Source: an uncultured candidatus Porisulfidus sp.
Lineage (GTDB): Bacteria; Pseudomonadota; Gammaproteobacteria; Poriferisulfidales; Oxydemutatoraceae
Direction: 5' to 3'
NCBI GenBank assembly: GCA_965200865.1
Contig: CBDAVG010000002.1
Span: forward strand, 2,130,712 to 2,194,711
DNA: 64,000 nucleotides
The notes under the pieces were generated by a model. That model searched no databases. It was not told where the DNA came from and was given only the letters and a program-made list of their open reading frames with translations. Shown piece by piece: positions 1-8,480 of this stretch; position 1 is the first letter of the stretch, and every line of letters begins with the position of its first letter. Made by a program: the position numbers and the translations under genes.

Positions 1-114
1 TCATGCTCTAATCCTAGCTTTGTTAATGCGCTGTATGGTGCTATATCAGACATTTTGTTCACTCGAAAATAGAAACTATCTTACTTTATAATCTCAAATC
101 GCAGCACACCCTTT

Positions 115-750
115 TTAATGTTTCAGGGATTTGTCGTCGTGATAAAAATAGTGTCCTTTCAATCCTTCAATGTTGAATATTAGGATTTCACTATGAAATA
201 GGATGCTCTCAAAAATATCTTTTGGCAGGCTGATAATAGATTTAATTTCTGGGTATTCGCCGTCTATAAACTTTTGCCAACGGCGACTTGTCACCATTTG
301 GTTAAGCCGCAACCCGTAGGGTGTAAATAACACAAGTGGCACATTTTTCCCGAACAACTCTATGGCTTTTTGTAGCCACACTTCGGGGAGTAGTGGTCGC
401 CCACCATAGTGCGCCGTTATATATTCTTTGGTCTTTTTGTCAATGTTAAAAGGTGGATTCACTATCACTAAACCGGGTGTTTCAATCTCACCTTTTTTAA
501 TATCCAAATAGTTTCTTACTTTTGTCTTAGGGAAACCCTGATATTCAATATCAATGCCGATTACCTTGAACCTGTTTTGTTGGAAAGGTTTGAGCAGTGA
601 ACCACTACCCACACACGGGTCTAATATCGGTTTGGTTGCATCTATTTTGTCCGAGACAATATCATAAATGAATTGGCTAACACCGGCAGGTGTGTAGATT
701 GTTGCCTTTTTCGGTTGCCGATAAAAATTGTTTCTATCAACTCGATACAT
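115..750 (-). CDS. SAM-dependent N6-adenine DNA methyltransferase, short gamma-class (M.TaqI-like motif order)
   Basis: 211-aa ORF; motif X-like 'YTPAGVSQFIYDIV', motif I 'LDPCVGSGSLL', motif IV 'NPPF' in order X-I-IV; no REase partner inside window (a minus-strand ORF starts at 53 and runs off the window edge). Confidence 0.55.
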   Translation of the reverse strand: MYRVDRNNFYRQPKKATIYTPAGVSQFIYDIVSDKIDATKPILDPCVGSGSLLKPFQQNRFKVIGIDIEYQGFPKTKVRNYLDIKKGEIETPGLVIVNPPFNIDKKTKEYITAHYGGRPLLPEVWLQKAIELFGKNVPLVLFTPYGLRLNQMVTSRRWQKFIDGEYPEIKSIISLPKDIFESILFHSEILIFNIEGLKGHYFYHDDKSLKH

Positions 751-1009
751 TTTGCCCTCTGTATTTTTACATACTTAGTGTAGCAGTTTTCCCCAGTGTT
801 AGTCGAAAAAGTATCATTACATATATCAAAATCAATCGGCAATACAAGGCCGCCGATTGAGCCAGTAGGTCAATCAGCAATTATATATGTCTGCCTGTAA
901 AATGTCGCGTTAGCATACAATATTGTTTATCATTTAATTCATGAAAACCCTAATTGGAGGCGCAGAGCGGTTGAGATTGTGCAGGTGCAATACTTTAGGG
1001 AGGGCATGT

Positions 1010-2824
1010 GGGACTGTTGAAAAAGTATTTGATATAAGCGAAAATAGATAACTGATTCAATCGGAGGTTTTTATGCAAGGCAATCATAATTTTCAGCCTG
1101 AACTATTTGTCCAAATAGACTATCAGGCACTCATTCCCAGCTATCACATATTAAGGCGTATTGATAAAGTTTTAGACTTGAGCTTTGTCAAACAATTAAC
1201 CCAAAGTTTCTATAGTGATACGCAAGGTAGACCGTCAATAGACCCGGAGGTATTTTTTCGTATGTGTATATTAGGACAACTCTATGGGATTAAGTCGGAT
1301 CGTCAACTGTGCGACGAGGTTGGAATGAACATTGGCTATCGTTGGTTTGTCGGATTAACTATGAGTGATGTGGTGCCGGATCACTCGTCATTAACTCGTA
1401 TCCGCGACCGATTAGGTGTGGGATGTTTTGAGGCGATATTTGAGCGTGTCGTAGAACAATGCCGTGAGGCTGGATTAGTTGAAGGGAAACGGATCATAAC
1501 AGATGCGAGTTTAGTTGAGGCGAATGCGTCGGCGAGGAAACTAGAGAGACGAGAGCAGCCGACTGCGGCAATAGCAGTCAAGGATGAGAGGCAACAAAGC
1601 CAGGAGGTAGTATCACAAACTGCATCAGTAAAAAAAGAAAAAGTCAGCAACCATGCCGATAAAGTAGATGATGATGCGAGTGCGGGCGAGACGAACCTAC
1701 CGGCACAGAAATTGGAGAGGCGAGAAGAACCAACACCAGCAGTAGAAGTTAAGGATGACAAGCAGCAGAGCAAGAGCGCAGTCTCGCCAACTGCGGTAGT
1801 AAAAAAAGAAAAAGTCAGCAACCATGCCGATAAAGTAGATGATGATGCGAGTGCGGGCGAGACAAACCTATCGGCACAGAAACTGGAGAGGCGAGAAGAA
1901 CCAACACCAGCAGTAGAAGTTAAGGATGACAAGCAGCAGAGCAAGAGCGCAGTCTCGCCAACTGCGGTAGTAAAAAGAGAAAAAGTCAGCAACCGCACGC
2001 ATGTGAGTAAAGTAGACAGCGATGCGACTCTAGTCAATCGTGCGGGGTATCCAAGAAAGTTATATCATAAGGTGCATTATTGTGCCGATGCAACCAGCCG
2101 AGTGATAACGGATTGCCATGTGACCACGGGTGCCTATCATGAGACTAATGTGATAACACAGAGGATTCAATATCAACAACAACGCTTTGGCTTGCCGGTT
2201 GAAGAAGTGATAGCAGATGTCGGCTATAGCAGTGGCAAGAATTATAAGTTCTTTGAAGAACACCAGATCCGCAGCTATATCCCGACTGCCAAGTTTCGTC
2301 TGACACCTGGTAAGCAAGTAGCCCATGAAGGCAGTTTCCAGTATGACCCCAATAAAGACATCTATACCTGTCAGGCGGGTCATGCGTTACACCCCAAACA
2401 TGCAGTCGGTGCGACGAAGTATTATCACATCAAGAAAGCACATTGTAATAGCTGTCAATGGCAGAACAGTTGCTACTTGGGCAGGCGTCATACGGGTCTA
2501 TACCGAAATGAGCATAAAGAGGCGATAGAACGAGTGAGACAACGACAAAGCAGTCCAGTATTTAAGCAAAGAATGATAGAAAGGAGTTGGAAGATAGAGG
2601 GTTTATTTGCTGAGGCAAAGGAGCGGCATGGATTGAGGCGAGCAAAATATAGAGGTTCGGATAAAGTGCAGATCCAAGCCTACCTAACTGGGACCGCCCA
2701 GAACCTAAAGAGACTAGCGGTTTCTTTAGATTTTTATTTTCGTTGGATCAGATTTTGGTTTACACAAAGATTTTTATTATTGCGGTGTAGTTTCCAAGGA
2801 TAGAACTACTTTTTCAACAGTCCC
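1010..2824 (+). mobile_element. IS1182-family (IS5 superfamily) insertion sequence, copy 1, with 18-bp TIR GGGACTGTTGAAAAAGTA and 4-bp TSD ATGT
   Basis: Left TIR 1010-1027 and right TIR 2807-2824 are perfect inverted repeats; ATGT at 1006-1009 and 2825-2828; the flanks rebuild the palindrome GGGAGGGCATGT|TAGCCCTCCC that occurs uninterrupted elsewhere (e.g. 13775-13800). Confidence 0.8.
1073..2803 (+). CDS. IS1182-family DDE transposase with three 57-aa linker repeats
   Basis: 576 aa; N-terminal DUF772/InsH-like region '...YSDTQGRPSIDPEVFFRMCILGQLYGIKSDRQLCDEV...RWFVGL'; C-terminal DDE_Tnp_1-like region ending '...QNLKRLA'; 171-bp tandem units starting 1505, 1676, 1847. Confidence 0.8.
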   Translation: MQGNHNFQPELFVQIDYQALIPSYHILRRIDKVLDLSFVKQLTQSFYSDTQGRPSIDPEVFFRMCILGQLYGIKSDRQLCDEVGMNIGYRWFVGLTMSDVVPDHSSLTRIRDRLGVGCFEAIFERVVEQCREAGLVEGKRIITDASLVEANASARKLERREQPTAAIAVKDERQQSQEVVSQTASVKKEKVSNHADKVDDDASAGETNLPAQKLERREEPTPAVEVKDDKQQSKSAVSPTAVVKKEKVSNHADKVDDDASAGETNLSAQKLERREEPTPAVEVKDDKQQSKSAVSPTAVVKREKVSNRTHVSKVDSDATLVNRAGYPRKLYHKVHYCADATSRVITDCHVTTGAYHETNVITQRIQYQQQRFGLPVEEVIADVGYSSGKNYKFFEEHQIRSYIPTAKFRLTPGKQVAHEGSFQYDPNKDIYTCQAGHALHPKHAVGATKYYHIKKAHCNSCQWQNSCYLGRRHTGLYRNEHKEAIERVRQRQSSPVFKQRMIERSWKIEGLFAEAKERHGLRRAKYRGSDKVQIQAYLTGTAQNLKRLAVSLDFYFRWIRFWFTQRFLLLRCSFQG

Positions 2825-2879
2825 ATGTTAGCCCTCCCCTACGGTCTATGACATACTTTTCAGCAATTCCATTTTCCTT

Positions 2880-3854
2880 ATGAATCACGCAAATAATCAG
2901 TCGGTTTCTCTAGGGGTTGTAATGGATCCGATTGCCGAGATAAATCCGCTCAAAGACACCACTCTATGCTTGCTGGAGGCTGCCCAACGAAAAGGTTGGC
3001 AACTCTATTATTTTGAACCCAAAGACCTGCACTTGTATCGGGGGCAGGCGCGGGGACATGCGCGAAATCTAAAGGTCTTCTTAGACCAGAAGCACTGGTT
3101 TGAAGTATCCGCGTCCAAAGACATTGATTTATCCGAACTAGATGTGATATTGATGCGTGCCGACCCGCCGGTAGATACTGAGTTTCTATATACCTGTCAT
3201 ATATTGACGTTTGCCGAACGTGCCGGCACATTGGTGTATAACCCGCCGCGTAGCTTGTTATCTGTCAACGAGAAAATACTCGCTCAGGAATTCGCCGACT
3301 TAGGGCCGCCGACCCTAGTTGGCAATTCATTGGATGATTTGCTAAACTTTTTAGAGTTACACCCTCAAGCGGTAGTCAAACCACTGAACGAAATGGGCGG
3401 GGCTTCGGTATGCAGGATCAACCGCAGCGACGACGATGTGTCCCAAGTACTCAAAACGATGCTTTGCGATGGTCAAAAGACTCTCCTAATCCAAGAACTA
3501 ATCCCCAATTATAGCGACGGTGATAAGCGTGTACTATTGATAGACGACACGCCGGTGCCGTATGGGCTCAACCGTGTTCCGCAGCAAGGTGAGTTCAGAG
3601 CTAATTTGGCTGCCGGAGGTAAAGGTGTGGCTGTGGCATTGAATGACCACGACTATAGGGTTTGTGAGCGCATCGCCCCGCGCCTACAAGAGCTGGACTT
3701 ACTGTTTGTGGGTATTGATTTGGTTGCCGGTTATTTAACTGAGATCAACATCACAAGCCCCACCTGTGTCAGGGAAATCAATCAAGCGTATGCGCTGGAC
3801 ATCGGCAGCGACGTAATCAATGCGATTGAAAAACGTCTGATGTCTCAAGTTTAA
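2880..3854 (+). CDS. gshB: glutathione synthetase (ATP-grasp)
   Basis: 'GVVMDPIAEINPLKD...DVILMRADPP...KPLNEMGGASV...GDKRVLLIDD...NLAAGG' matches GshB along its length; start codon uncertain by a few codons. Confidence 0.85.
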   Translation: MNHANNQSVSLGVVMDPIAEINPLKDTTLCLLEAAQRKGWQLYYFEPKDLHLYRGQARGHARNLKVFLDQKHWFEVSASKDIDLSELDVILMRADPPVDTEFLYTCHILTFAERAGTLVYNPPRSLLSVNEKILAQEFADLGPPTLVGNSLDDLLNFLELHPQAVVKPLNEMGGASVCRINRSDDDVSQVLKTMLCDGQKTLLIQELIPNYSDGDKRVLLIDDTPVPYGLNRVPQQGEFRANLAAGGKGVAVALNDHDYRVCERIAPRLQELDLLFVGIDLVAGYLTEINITSPTCVREINQAYALDIGSDVINAIEKRLMSQV

Positions 3855-4321
3855 TGGACGATAAACATACAAAACGCGATGTGGCGTTGTCGTCGGAACA
3901 TGTGATTGCCTTTGACTACGGGCTGAAATATATCGGTAGTGCGGTGGGCAATATCAAAACGGCAACCGCACAACCCTTACAGACTATTGCGTGCAAGGCT
4001 GGTCAAGCCGATTGGCAAGCGATAGAAAAGATTTGTCAGATTTGGCAACCGTGTCGTTTTGTGGTCGGTTATCCTGACCCCGATTCGCCGCCCAAACTGC
4101 TGAAGCAACTAGACCAGTTTATAAGCCGATTACATCGGCACTTTAACCTGCCAGTAGACAAAGGCAACGAATATCTGAGTTCAATAGAGGCATACCATAG
4201 ACTAAAAAAACAAAGATCGGCAGGAGAAATTGGTAGAATAGCACGCTCGGATATTGACAAAGTTGCTGCTGCCTTGATATTGGAAAGCTGGTTTGAGGCG
4301 CAGCAAACGACAACCCGTTAA
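3854..4321 (+). CDS. ruvX: YqgF/RuvX putative pre-16S rRNA nuclease / Holliday junction resolvase-like
   Basis: 'VIAFDYGLKYIGSAVGN' RNase H-fold YqgF signature; TAATG overlap with the gshB stop suggests translational coupling. Confidence 0.8.
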   Translation: MDDKHTKRDVALSSEHVIAFDYGLKYIGSAVGNIKTATAQPLQTIACKAGQADWQAIEKICQIWQPCRFVVGYPDPDSPPKLLKQLDQFISRLHRHFNLPVDKGNEYLSSIEAYHRLKKQRSAGEIGRIARSDIDKVAAALILESWFEAQQTTTR

Positions 4322-4329
4322 ATGACAGA

Positions 4330-4830
4330 ATGAAAGAACCGGAAAAACTCATAGCAGAAATGTCGGAGCAATTACGGCATTTGATAGAACACCGACAATT
4401 AGATGACCCGATTATTTTGGGAATACGCAGCGGCGGGGTTTGGGTTGCTGAACGTCTCCATGAGCAACTGAAAATCAAGGAACCTATGGGACTGCTGGAT
4501 ATTAATTTTTATAGAGACGACTTTAGTCGGATAAGCTCTTTCCCACAAGTTAAGCCTTCGGCAATCAATACGAATCTTGATGACCGACATATTATTTTGG
4601 TTGATGATGTTATACACAGCGGGCGTACGATCTGTGCCGCGCTGAACGAAATCGCCGATTATGGGCGCGCCGCAACCATCAGCTTGGTAATCATGATAGA
4701 CAGAGGTGGAAGAGAAATGCCGATTTGCGCTGACATCGTCGGCACCACGGTGGATTTGCGCGAAGGACAACACATTAAACTCAGAGGTCCTGCCCCGCTG
4801 CACATAGAAGTTATTGATAGCAAAACCTAA
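4330..4830 (+). CDS. pyrR: bifunctional pyrimidine operon regulator / uracil phosphoribosyltransferase PyrR
   Basis: 'ILGIRSGGVWVAERL' and PRPP-binding 'ILVDDVIHSGRTICAAL'. Confidence 0.85.
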   Translation: MKEPEKLIAEMSEQLRHLIEHRQLDDPIILGIRSGGVWVAERLHEQLKIKEPMGLLDINFYRDDFSRISSFPQVKPSAINTNLDDRHIILVDDVIHSGRTICAALNEIADYGRAATISLVIMIDRGGREMPICADIVGTTVDLREGQHIKLRGPAPLHIEVIDSKT

Positions 4831-4835
4831 AGCAG

Positions 4836-5543
4836 TTGAATAACAAAATCCCTACCGCTGACCGCCTTATTTTTGCCCTTGATGTGACAACTGCGGATCA
4901 CGCAAGAGCACTCGTTGCAACTTTAGGTGATACGGTGAGTTTCTACAAACTGGGCTTGGAACTACTTGCTTGCGGAGAGTATTTCGCATTGGCAGAGGAA
5001 TTGCAGGAACAAGGTAAAAAGATATTTCTAGATCTAAAACTATTTGATGTGCCGCGCACGGTCGCTGCAACGGTTAAAGGTTTGCGCCGTTTCGGTGACA
5101 CTTTTGTGACCGTTCATGGCAACGACGACATGCTAAAAGCGGCAAACGCCGAGAAAGGTGATTTGAAGATACTCGCAGTGACGGCACTGACCAGCTTAGA
5201 CCAGAACGATATAGATGCGCTCGGCTTTAAGTGCAGTGTGCGGGAATTGGTGCTGTCGCGTGCAAGACGCGCAATTGCCGTCGGTTGCGACGGCGTTATC
5301 GCATCCGGATTGGAAGCCGGTGCGTTAAGGCAGACGCTTGGCTCCAAGAACTTGATCATCACCCCCGGCATCCGCCCAGTTGCCAATGTGGACGACCAAA
5401 AACGCACAGTTGATTTAGCACAAGCATTTGAAAACGGTGCAGACTATATCGTGGTCGGCAGACCAATACGCGAAGCCGCATCACCGGTTGAGGTGGCAGC
5501 TCAAATGCAAGCTCAAATCCGCACGATTTTTGATCGTCATTAG
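4836..5543 (+). CDS. pyrF: orotidine 5'-phosphate decarboxylase
   Basis: 'LIFALDV...FYKLGLEL...KIFLDLKLFDVP' OMPdecase motifs; 235 aa. Confidence 0.85.
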   Translation: MNNKIPTADRLIFALDVTTADHARALVATLGDTVSFYKLGLELLACGEYFALAEELQEQGKKIFLDLKLFDVPRTVAATVKGLRRFGDTFVTVHGNDDMLKAANAEKGDLKILAVTALTSLDQNDIDALGFKCSVRELVLSRARRAIAVGCDGVIASGLEAGALRQTLGSKNLIITPGIRPVANVDDQKRTVDLAQAFENGADYIVVGRPIREAASPVEVAAQMQAQIRTIFDRH

Positions 5544-5559
5544 GCACACTGATAAGCAC

Positions 5560-5890
5560 CTCACCAAATTTGGGGCTGTTGAAGAGGTATTTCATGCACT
5601 GTAGGGGAGGGCTAGCATGCCCTCCCGAAACGCGACGCGCCTGCACAAGTAGAACCGCCGATTGAGCCAGTAGGTCAATCGGCGTGACATTGTGCAGAAC
5701 CTCAGCATGGTTGCTTGTCGTACATTATCCTTCGTACACCATTCAATTTATGGGAACCAAAATCAAGTGGCGCAAGCGGTTGCAGTAGTGCAGAACGGTA
5801 CTTTAGGGAGGGCATGCTAACCCTCCCCTACGGGTGGTTATCGTAAATTTGATGGCGCGGAGCGGTTGAGTTTATGTGATAGTGGTACTT
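5560..5890. repeat. intergenic cluster of palindromic repeat modules (family-D palindrome GGGAGGGCTAGCATGCCCTCCC, hairpin A GCCGATTGAGCCAGTAGGTCAATCGGC, 'acattgtgcagaac' module, 'ggcgcaagcggttgcag' module)
   Basis: Same modules recur at >15 other intergenic sites in the window. Confidence 0.7.
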
Positions 5891-5892
5891 TG

Positions 5893-8217
5893 TTAGCGCA
5901 TCAGTGCGCCTTCCAACAAGACTCTCACCTGTACTTGCAAAGTAGGAAAGATGCGCAAATCAAAAAGCTCCGTTCGGCTAACCCCGTCTACTCTAGTCGC
6001 AACAATCTCAAGGCGATAATTTCCAGAGCTAATCGGCGTGCCGCTGATGATAGAACCGTTTATTTCCAGACCCAGTGGTAGACCGCTTACCATGTAGGTC
6101 AATGCCTGCGCACTTGCGAAGATATCATCCAGCGTAAAGGAGTAATCTGAACCGCTAGTGCCGTTGGGAAAGGTGATATCTCTGCGTACCGTTATTGGTG
6201 TGCTGGATACTATTGGTATGTCGTTGCTAACAAGTGGGTTTCTGATGTTCGGAACTGTGCTGGTCGTCGCGACAACTTGAAAGAGGTAGTCTCTCGCAAA
6301 GCCGATGCCATCCAACGCAAGATTAAGCTGGACTTGTGTATCGGAAGTGCGGCTTACACTTGCAATGCGCAACCCTGCCGGTGCATTTTGCAAACCAAAG
6401 TCGTTAGGCTGCAAATCTTTTTCCCAACTCGCACCAACCAAAGGCAAAGTCAATGGGGTTCCAGTCACATTGCTGTCCGACAACCCGACAACAGAGGCAG
6501 CATCCATTTTTATTTGATAGCCGCGTATTCTCACTCCCCAATCAATCAAGGTGCCGGTTGTAGCCCTAGTGTCTTCAAATCTCAATCTCCAAACTCCCGA
6601 CGGATCTTCGCCTAAATGAACGCTTGAACCGAAACGCCAAAACCCTCGAGTAGTACTGATTGCATATGAACTGGTACTACTGATGGGATGAGTAGATGGT
6701 ATGAAGAGGTCTGAAGTGTTGCCCGAGGGCGAGGTCAATTTAACGCTTAAATCTTGGATTAAGGGGTGTGTTAATCTGATAGGAATCTCCACATATTCTA
6801 TGAAATTGATATCCGATTGGACGGCTATCTCGCTATTGATAACCGGATTATCGGCACTCAGCCTAAGGTCTAGATTACTATTTCTTACTTCCGTATACGG
6901 TGCTGCCAGAGGAAGATTGATCCATCCATCCGCCATTTCAATCGCTTTTTCTGCATCAACGAGACCGAATCCATGTTTGTGGTTGAAATGATATTGCGCG
7001 TTGTTATCACTGCTGGACAGACCATACTTTACGGCACCTTGCGCCCAGCCGTCGTCTGTGAGGTTGTTTTGCCTTGCCGAATTAGCCAGAATGAGTTTCA
7101 CATCGCGCCAGCTAAGGCTTGGATTGACTTGTCGCATTAATGCCACCACACCGCTGACCATCGGAGCTGCTGCAGAGGTTCCACCAAAACTAAAACGTAT
7201 CAAGGAATGATTGTAGGTTCCTCTAAGAATTCCTCTATAGGTTGTAGTAATCCCTCTGCTGAAAAAGTTTGTCCCAGTTCTTGGATTAAAAGTGTCATCC
7301 CTGGATGGCGCACTGACCCACAAATTGGCACCAAGTTCCGAATGCCCAACATGTCGCCCAAAACGATAACTCACCGCAGATACGGGAATGGTTGCATAAT
7401 GCTTGGCTCTGCCGTCATAATTTGCATTATCTATATCACAGACTTGTTCATAGCGACTGGGCGACACCTGCCTGCTAATACAACGGTCGTTTCCAGCAGC
7501 CCAAACGTAGACTGTGCCTTTACCGTGGAATCCATCCTTAATGCCAGTTTCTATTGCCATTTCCCATGCTGCAAGACGAGAACCAGACGGATTAAAAGGA
7601 TGCGCACTTCCCCAGCTGTTATTGGAAACTGCGGTTATTGTGGTATGACGAACCATTGCGTTTAGGGTTGCCATCTCTCTAGTACTTGCCAACATACTCC
7701 TATTCCCATCGGGCACCCCTAAAATATTCAAGCCATAAATTTTTGCCCAAGGTGCCACACCCCGAACACCTATGTCGTTATAACCGCGTGCCGCAGCAAT
7801 GCCTGCTACGGCAGTAGCATGCCCGCCGGTGTCAATAACCGAAGGATAATAATCAACGCTGTGTTGGGTTGAGATATTGGCTATCAGATCCGGGTGAGCC
7901 AATGTTTGGGTTGTGGCAGGCTGGAGTCCAGTCGGCAGATCTCCGTCTACTATGGCAATGTATGTGCCTTGCCCCCTTATTTTCGTGCGTCCGTCCTTAA
8001 GCGTTTTCTCCCAGACTGGTGCTACATTGATACTCTGAGTATTAGAAATTGTTGAGCCTATAATCTCCTGACCGGACAAGTGCCACTGCCGATCATAACA
8101 AGGGTCGCCACGATCTGATATACAAAATAATTGCTGAGTAGTAGCAGGCTGAATGCCTGTGAATAAAAGCAACATCACCAGGACTTTTGCCAATGTTCTC
8201 AAAATCAAAATATTCAA
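5893..8217 (-). CDS. secreted subtilisin/kexin-like S8 serine protease with proprotein-convertase P-domain and C-terminal beta-rich repeats
   Basis: 774 aa; signal peptide 'MNILILRTLAKVLVMLLLFTG'; catalytic triad contexts 'AIVDGDL', 'GGHATAVAGI', 'GGTSAAAPMVSG'; paralogue of 8481..11519. Confidence 0.8.
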   Translation of the reverse strand: MNILILRTLAKVLVMLLLFTGIQPATTQQLFCISDRGDPCYDRQWHLSGQEIIGSTISNTQSINVAPVWEKTLKDGRTKIRGQGTYIAIVDGDLPTGLQPATTQTLAHPDLIANISTQHSVDYYPSVIDTGGHATAVAGIAAARGYNDIGVRGVAPWAKIYGLNILGVPDGNRSMLASTREMATLNAMVRHTTITAVSNNSWGSAHPFNPSGSRLAAWEMAIETGIKDGFHGKGTVYVWAAGNDRCISRQVSPSRYEQVCDIDNANYDGRAKHYATIPVSAVSYRFGRHVGHSELGANLWVSAPSRDDTFNPRTGTNFFSRGITTTYRGILRGTYNHSLIRFSFGGTSAAAPMVSGVVALMRQVNPSLSWRDVKLILANSARQNNLTDDGWAQGAVKYGLSSSDNNAQYHFNHKHGFGLVDAEKAIEMADGWINLPLAAPYTEVRNSNLDLRLSADNPVINSEIAVQSDINFIEYVEIPIRLTHPLIQDLSVKLTSPSGNTSDLFIPSTHPISSTSSYAISTTRGFWRFGSSVHLGEDPSGVWRLRFEDTRATTGTLIDWGVRIRGYQIKMDAASVVGLSDSNVTGTPLTLPLVGASWEKDLQPNDFGLQNAPAGLRIASVSRTSDTQVQLNLALDGIGFARDYLFQVVATTSTVPNIRNPLVSNDIPIVSSTPITVRRDITFPNGTSGSDYSFTLDDIFASAQALTYMVSGLPLGLEINGSIISGTPISSGNYRLEIVATRVDGVSRTELFDLRIFPTLQVQVRVLLEGALMR

Positions 8218-8265
8218 CTGTGCATGGATTAAATAAATGCGGGGGAATTAAAAACCTTATTATAT

Positions 8266-8474
8266 GAGACTGTTGAAAAAGTACCGTCATCAAACAAACT
8301 TAACCGCCATGCGCCACTTGGTTTTGGTTTCCACAAACGAAATAAATGAATGGATTGTTTTTGCAGACGCAACGCGTTTCGGGAGGGCATGATAGCCCTC
8401 CCCTACCAGTATCGTAAATTCGATGGCACATAGTGGTTCAATTTGTGCAAAAATGATACTTTTTCAATAGCCCC
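8266..8474. mobile_element. MITE (~209 bp) carrying IS1182-family-type TIRs
   Basis: Starts 'gagactgttgaaaaagta', ends 'tactttttcaatagcccc'; internal family-D palindrome and 'ccatgcgccacttggttttggtttcca' module. Confidence 0.7.
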
Positions 8475-8480
8475 TAAAGT

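Noticed and set aside
1381-2528. Antisense and alternative-frame ORFs inside the transposase genes (1381..2037, 2060..2383, 2325..2528; likewise 21019..22001)
   Set aside because: They lie entirely within a clearly homologous transposase CDS. The long one is generated by the 171-bp tandem repeat and has low-complexity S/T/A/L translations.
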